From a virus (taxonomy: Duplodnaviria; Caudoviricetes), in the IMG/VR virus record IMGVR_UViG_3300027759_000132, positions 1 through 47,906 of that record: a stretch of 47,906 nucleotides of DNA, one strand, 5' to 3'. Every line of letters begins with the position of its first letter. The stretch's first letter is position 1. Below the pieces are notes generated by a model. That model saw only the letters and a list, made by a program, of their open reading frames with translations, was not told the DNA's origin and searched no databases. Shown here in pieces: positions 46,502 through 47,906 of this stretch. Position numbers and translations under genes: made by a program.

Positions 46502-47906
46502 TGTATAAAATTAAACCAGTGGATTCAGTAGCTATCGTAGGCGGCGGTACTAGTGCTTGGATGACAGCGGCTATGTTGTCTCATAAATTACCCCATTTAA
46601 AAATTACAATTATAGACAAAGAGCAGGGCACACCGGTAGGAGTAGGAGAAGGAACACTACTTAGTTTTGATCACGTTATGCGAGAGTGTGGTTTTCAATC
46701 TCAGGATTGGTTTACTGCTGTAGATGCGGCAAGTAAAGCAGGAATTTTATTTCCAGGTTGGAGCAACGGACAATATAAAGATGTATGGCATCCGTTTTTG
46801 TTTGTTACTTTAGGTAGCGTACAAACTAGTTTATATGATGTGTGGTCACGTAATCAGGATTACGATTTTAAACGTTATGCTAACGGTTTATATGAATCTG
46901 CCATTGAACACGATATGGTAGATATTACACAGTTGAATAATCACGCCTATCATATTGACGCAAGTAAATTAGTATTATTTTTCCAAGAAAAATTAAAAAA
47001 TAGACATCAAATTACTAGTATTAAATCCGAAGTTGTTGACGTGTTGCGCGATAGCGATACTCACGAAGTAGTCGAATTAGTTCTTAATAACGGACAACGA
47101 ATATCTGCAGATTTATATGTAGATTGCACAGGATTTAAAGCAATATTAAATCATAATCCTGATCGTGTTGATTTAGAAGGTAGATTGTTTTGTGATACTG
47201 CTATTGCCGGGCATGTTCCTTATAACGATATCGATAAAGAATTGCATCCGTATGTTATTAGTGAACAAGTAGAACACGGTTGGGTATGGAATATTCCTGT
47301 ACAATCTCGTATAGGATCAGGATTAGTGTTTAATAGAACACAAACTAGTATTGAAGAAGCTAAAGAATTCTTTGTTAATTATTGGGATAATCGTATTTCT
47401 AAAGATAGTTTAAAAGTAATCGATTGGACACCATATTATAAAAATAATATATGGGAAAAGAACGTAGTTAGTATTGGACTTAGTGCCGGATTTATTGAAC
47501 CATTAGAAAGCACAGGCGTTGCATTAATTATTATAGGTATTGAAAACCTAATTACTTGCATAGCTAGTCATGCATATACAGACGGACAAGTACAATACTA
47601 TAACAATATTATGAAAAATTATTTTGAAGATAGTATTGACTTTGTTAGCATGCATTATGCCAATCCTACACGTGAAGGTAAACTGTGGGATTGGGTACGT
47701 GAAACATTTATTAAATCTTCAAAACAAGAATTTTACGAAAATCAAATGTCAAGAACTGATAATATTAACTTGCCCGTTAACGGATTTGGCTATATGTTTG
47801 CTAGCCCTAATTGGATTTGTTGGTTAGTACAAATGGGATATAAACTAAGTCCGTCATACGCTAACGGATTATCTGATCAGCAAACAAAAAAAGAAATGTT
47901 ATTGTG
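46501..47906 (+). CDS. Flavin-dependent (tryptophan halogenase-like) enzyme, 3'-truncated by the window edge; not in the ORF track
   Basis: Translated by hand: VAIVGGGTSAWMTAA, VGVGEGT, ASKAGILFPGW (catalytic Lys position), DLYVDCTGF, GWVWNIP (WxWxIP), FIEPLESTG. Confidence 0.9.
   Translation, partial: MYKIKPVDSVAIVGGGTSAWMTAAMLSHKLPHLKITIIDKEQGTPVGVGEGTLLSFDHVMRECGFQSQDWFTAVDAASKAGILFPGWSNGQYKDVWHPFLFVTLGSVQTSLYDVWSRNQDYDFKRYANGLYESAIEHDMVDITQLNNHAYHIDASKLVLFFQEKLKNRHQITSIKSEVVDVLRDSDTHEVVELVLNNGQRISADLYVDCTGFKAILNHNPDRVDLEGRLFCDTAIAGHVPYNDIDKELHPYVISEQVEHGWVWNIPVQSRIGSGLVFNRTQTSIEEAKEFFVNYWDNRISKDSLKVIDWTPYYKNNIWEKNVVSIGLSAGFIEPLESTGVALIIIGIENLITCIASHAYTDGQVQYYNNIMKNYFEDSIDFVSMHYANPTREGKLWDWVRETFIKSSKQEFYENQMSRTDNINLPVNGFGYMFASPNWICWLVQMGYKLSPSYANGLSDQQTKKEMLL

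Noticed and set aside
1563-47827. The many short antisense and alternate-frame ORFs in the track (e.g. 2784..3101, 3768..4091, 7469..7867, 14959..15417, 21510..21926, 47624..47827)
   Set aside because: They overlap well-supported genes, have no recognisable motifs, and are the expected shadows of biased codon usage.

Overview
A continuous segment of a large T4-like (myovirus-type) phage genome, AT-rich and almost all on the + strand, covering virion morphogenesis. In order: a small basic protein and a short GIY-YIG protein, a ~490-nt densely structured intergenic region, an inverted gp26/gp51-like cassette joined by a predicted -1 frameshift, a tape-measure-like protein, the head module (portal, core proteins, prohead protease, scaffold, major capsid), ~28 kb of Thr/Ser/Gly-rich fibre or decoration genes including two giant paralogs (2790 and 3510 aa), three tandem Cys-rich paralogs with a tail-fibre chaperone, and a late-promoter-driven enzyme cluster (GT9-like glycosyltransferase, carbamoyltransferase, SGNH-like protein, truncated flavin-dependent halogenase). 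T4-type late promoter boxes (TAAATA core) and cUUCGg terminators punctuate the region. The best candidates for undescribed biology are the structured element next to the GIY-YIG gene, the hidden frameshift, and the Cys-rich triplet with its neighbouring modification operon. All product calls come from motif recognition by eye, not database searches.
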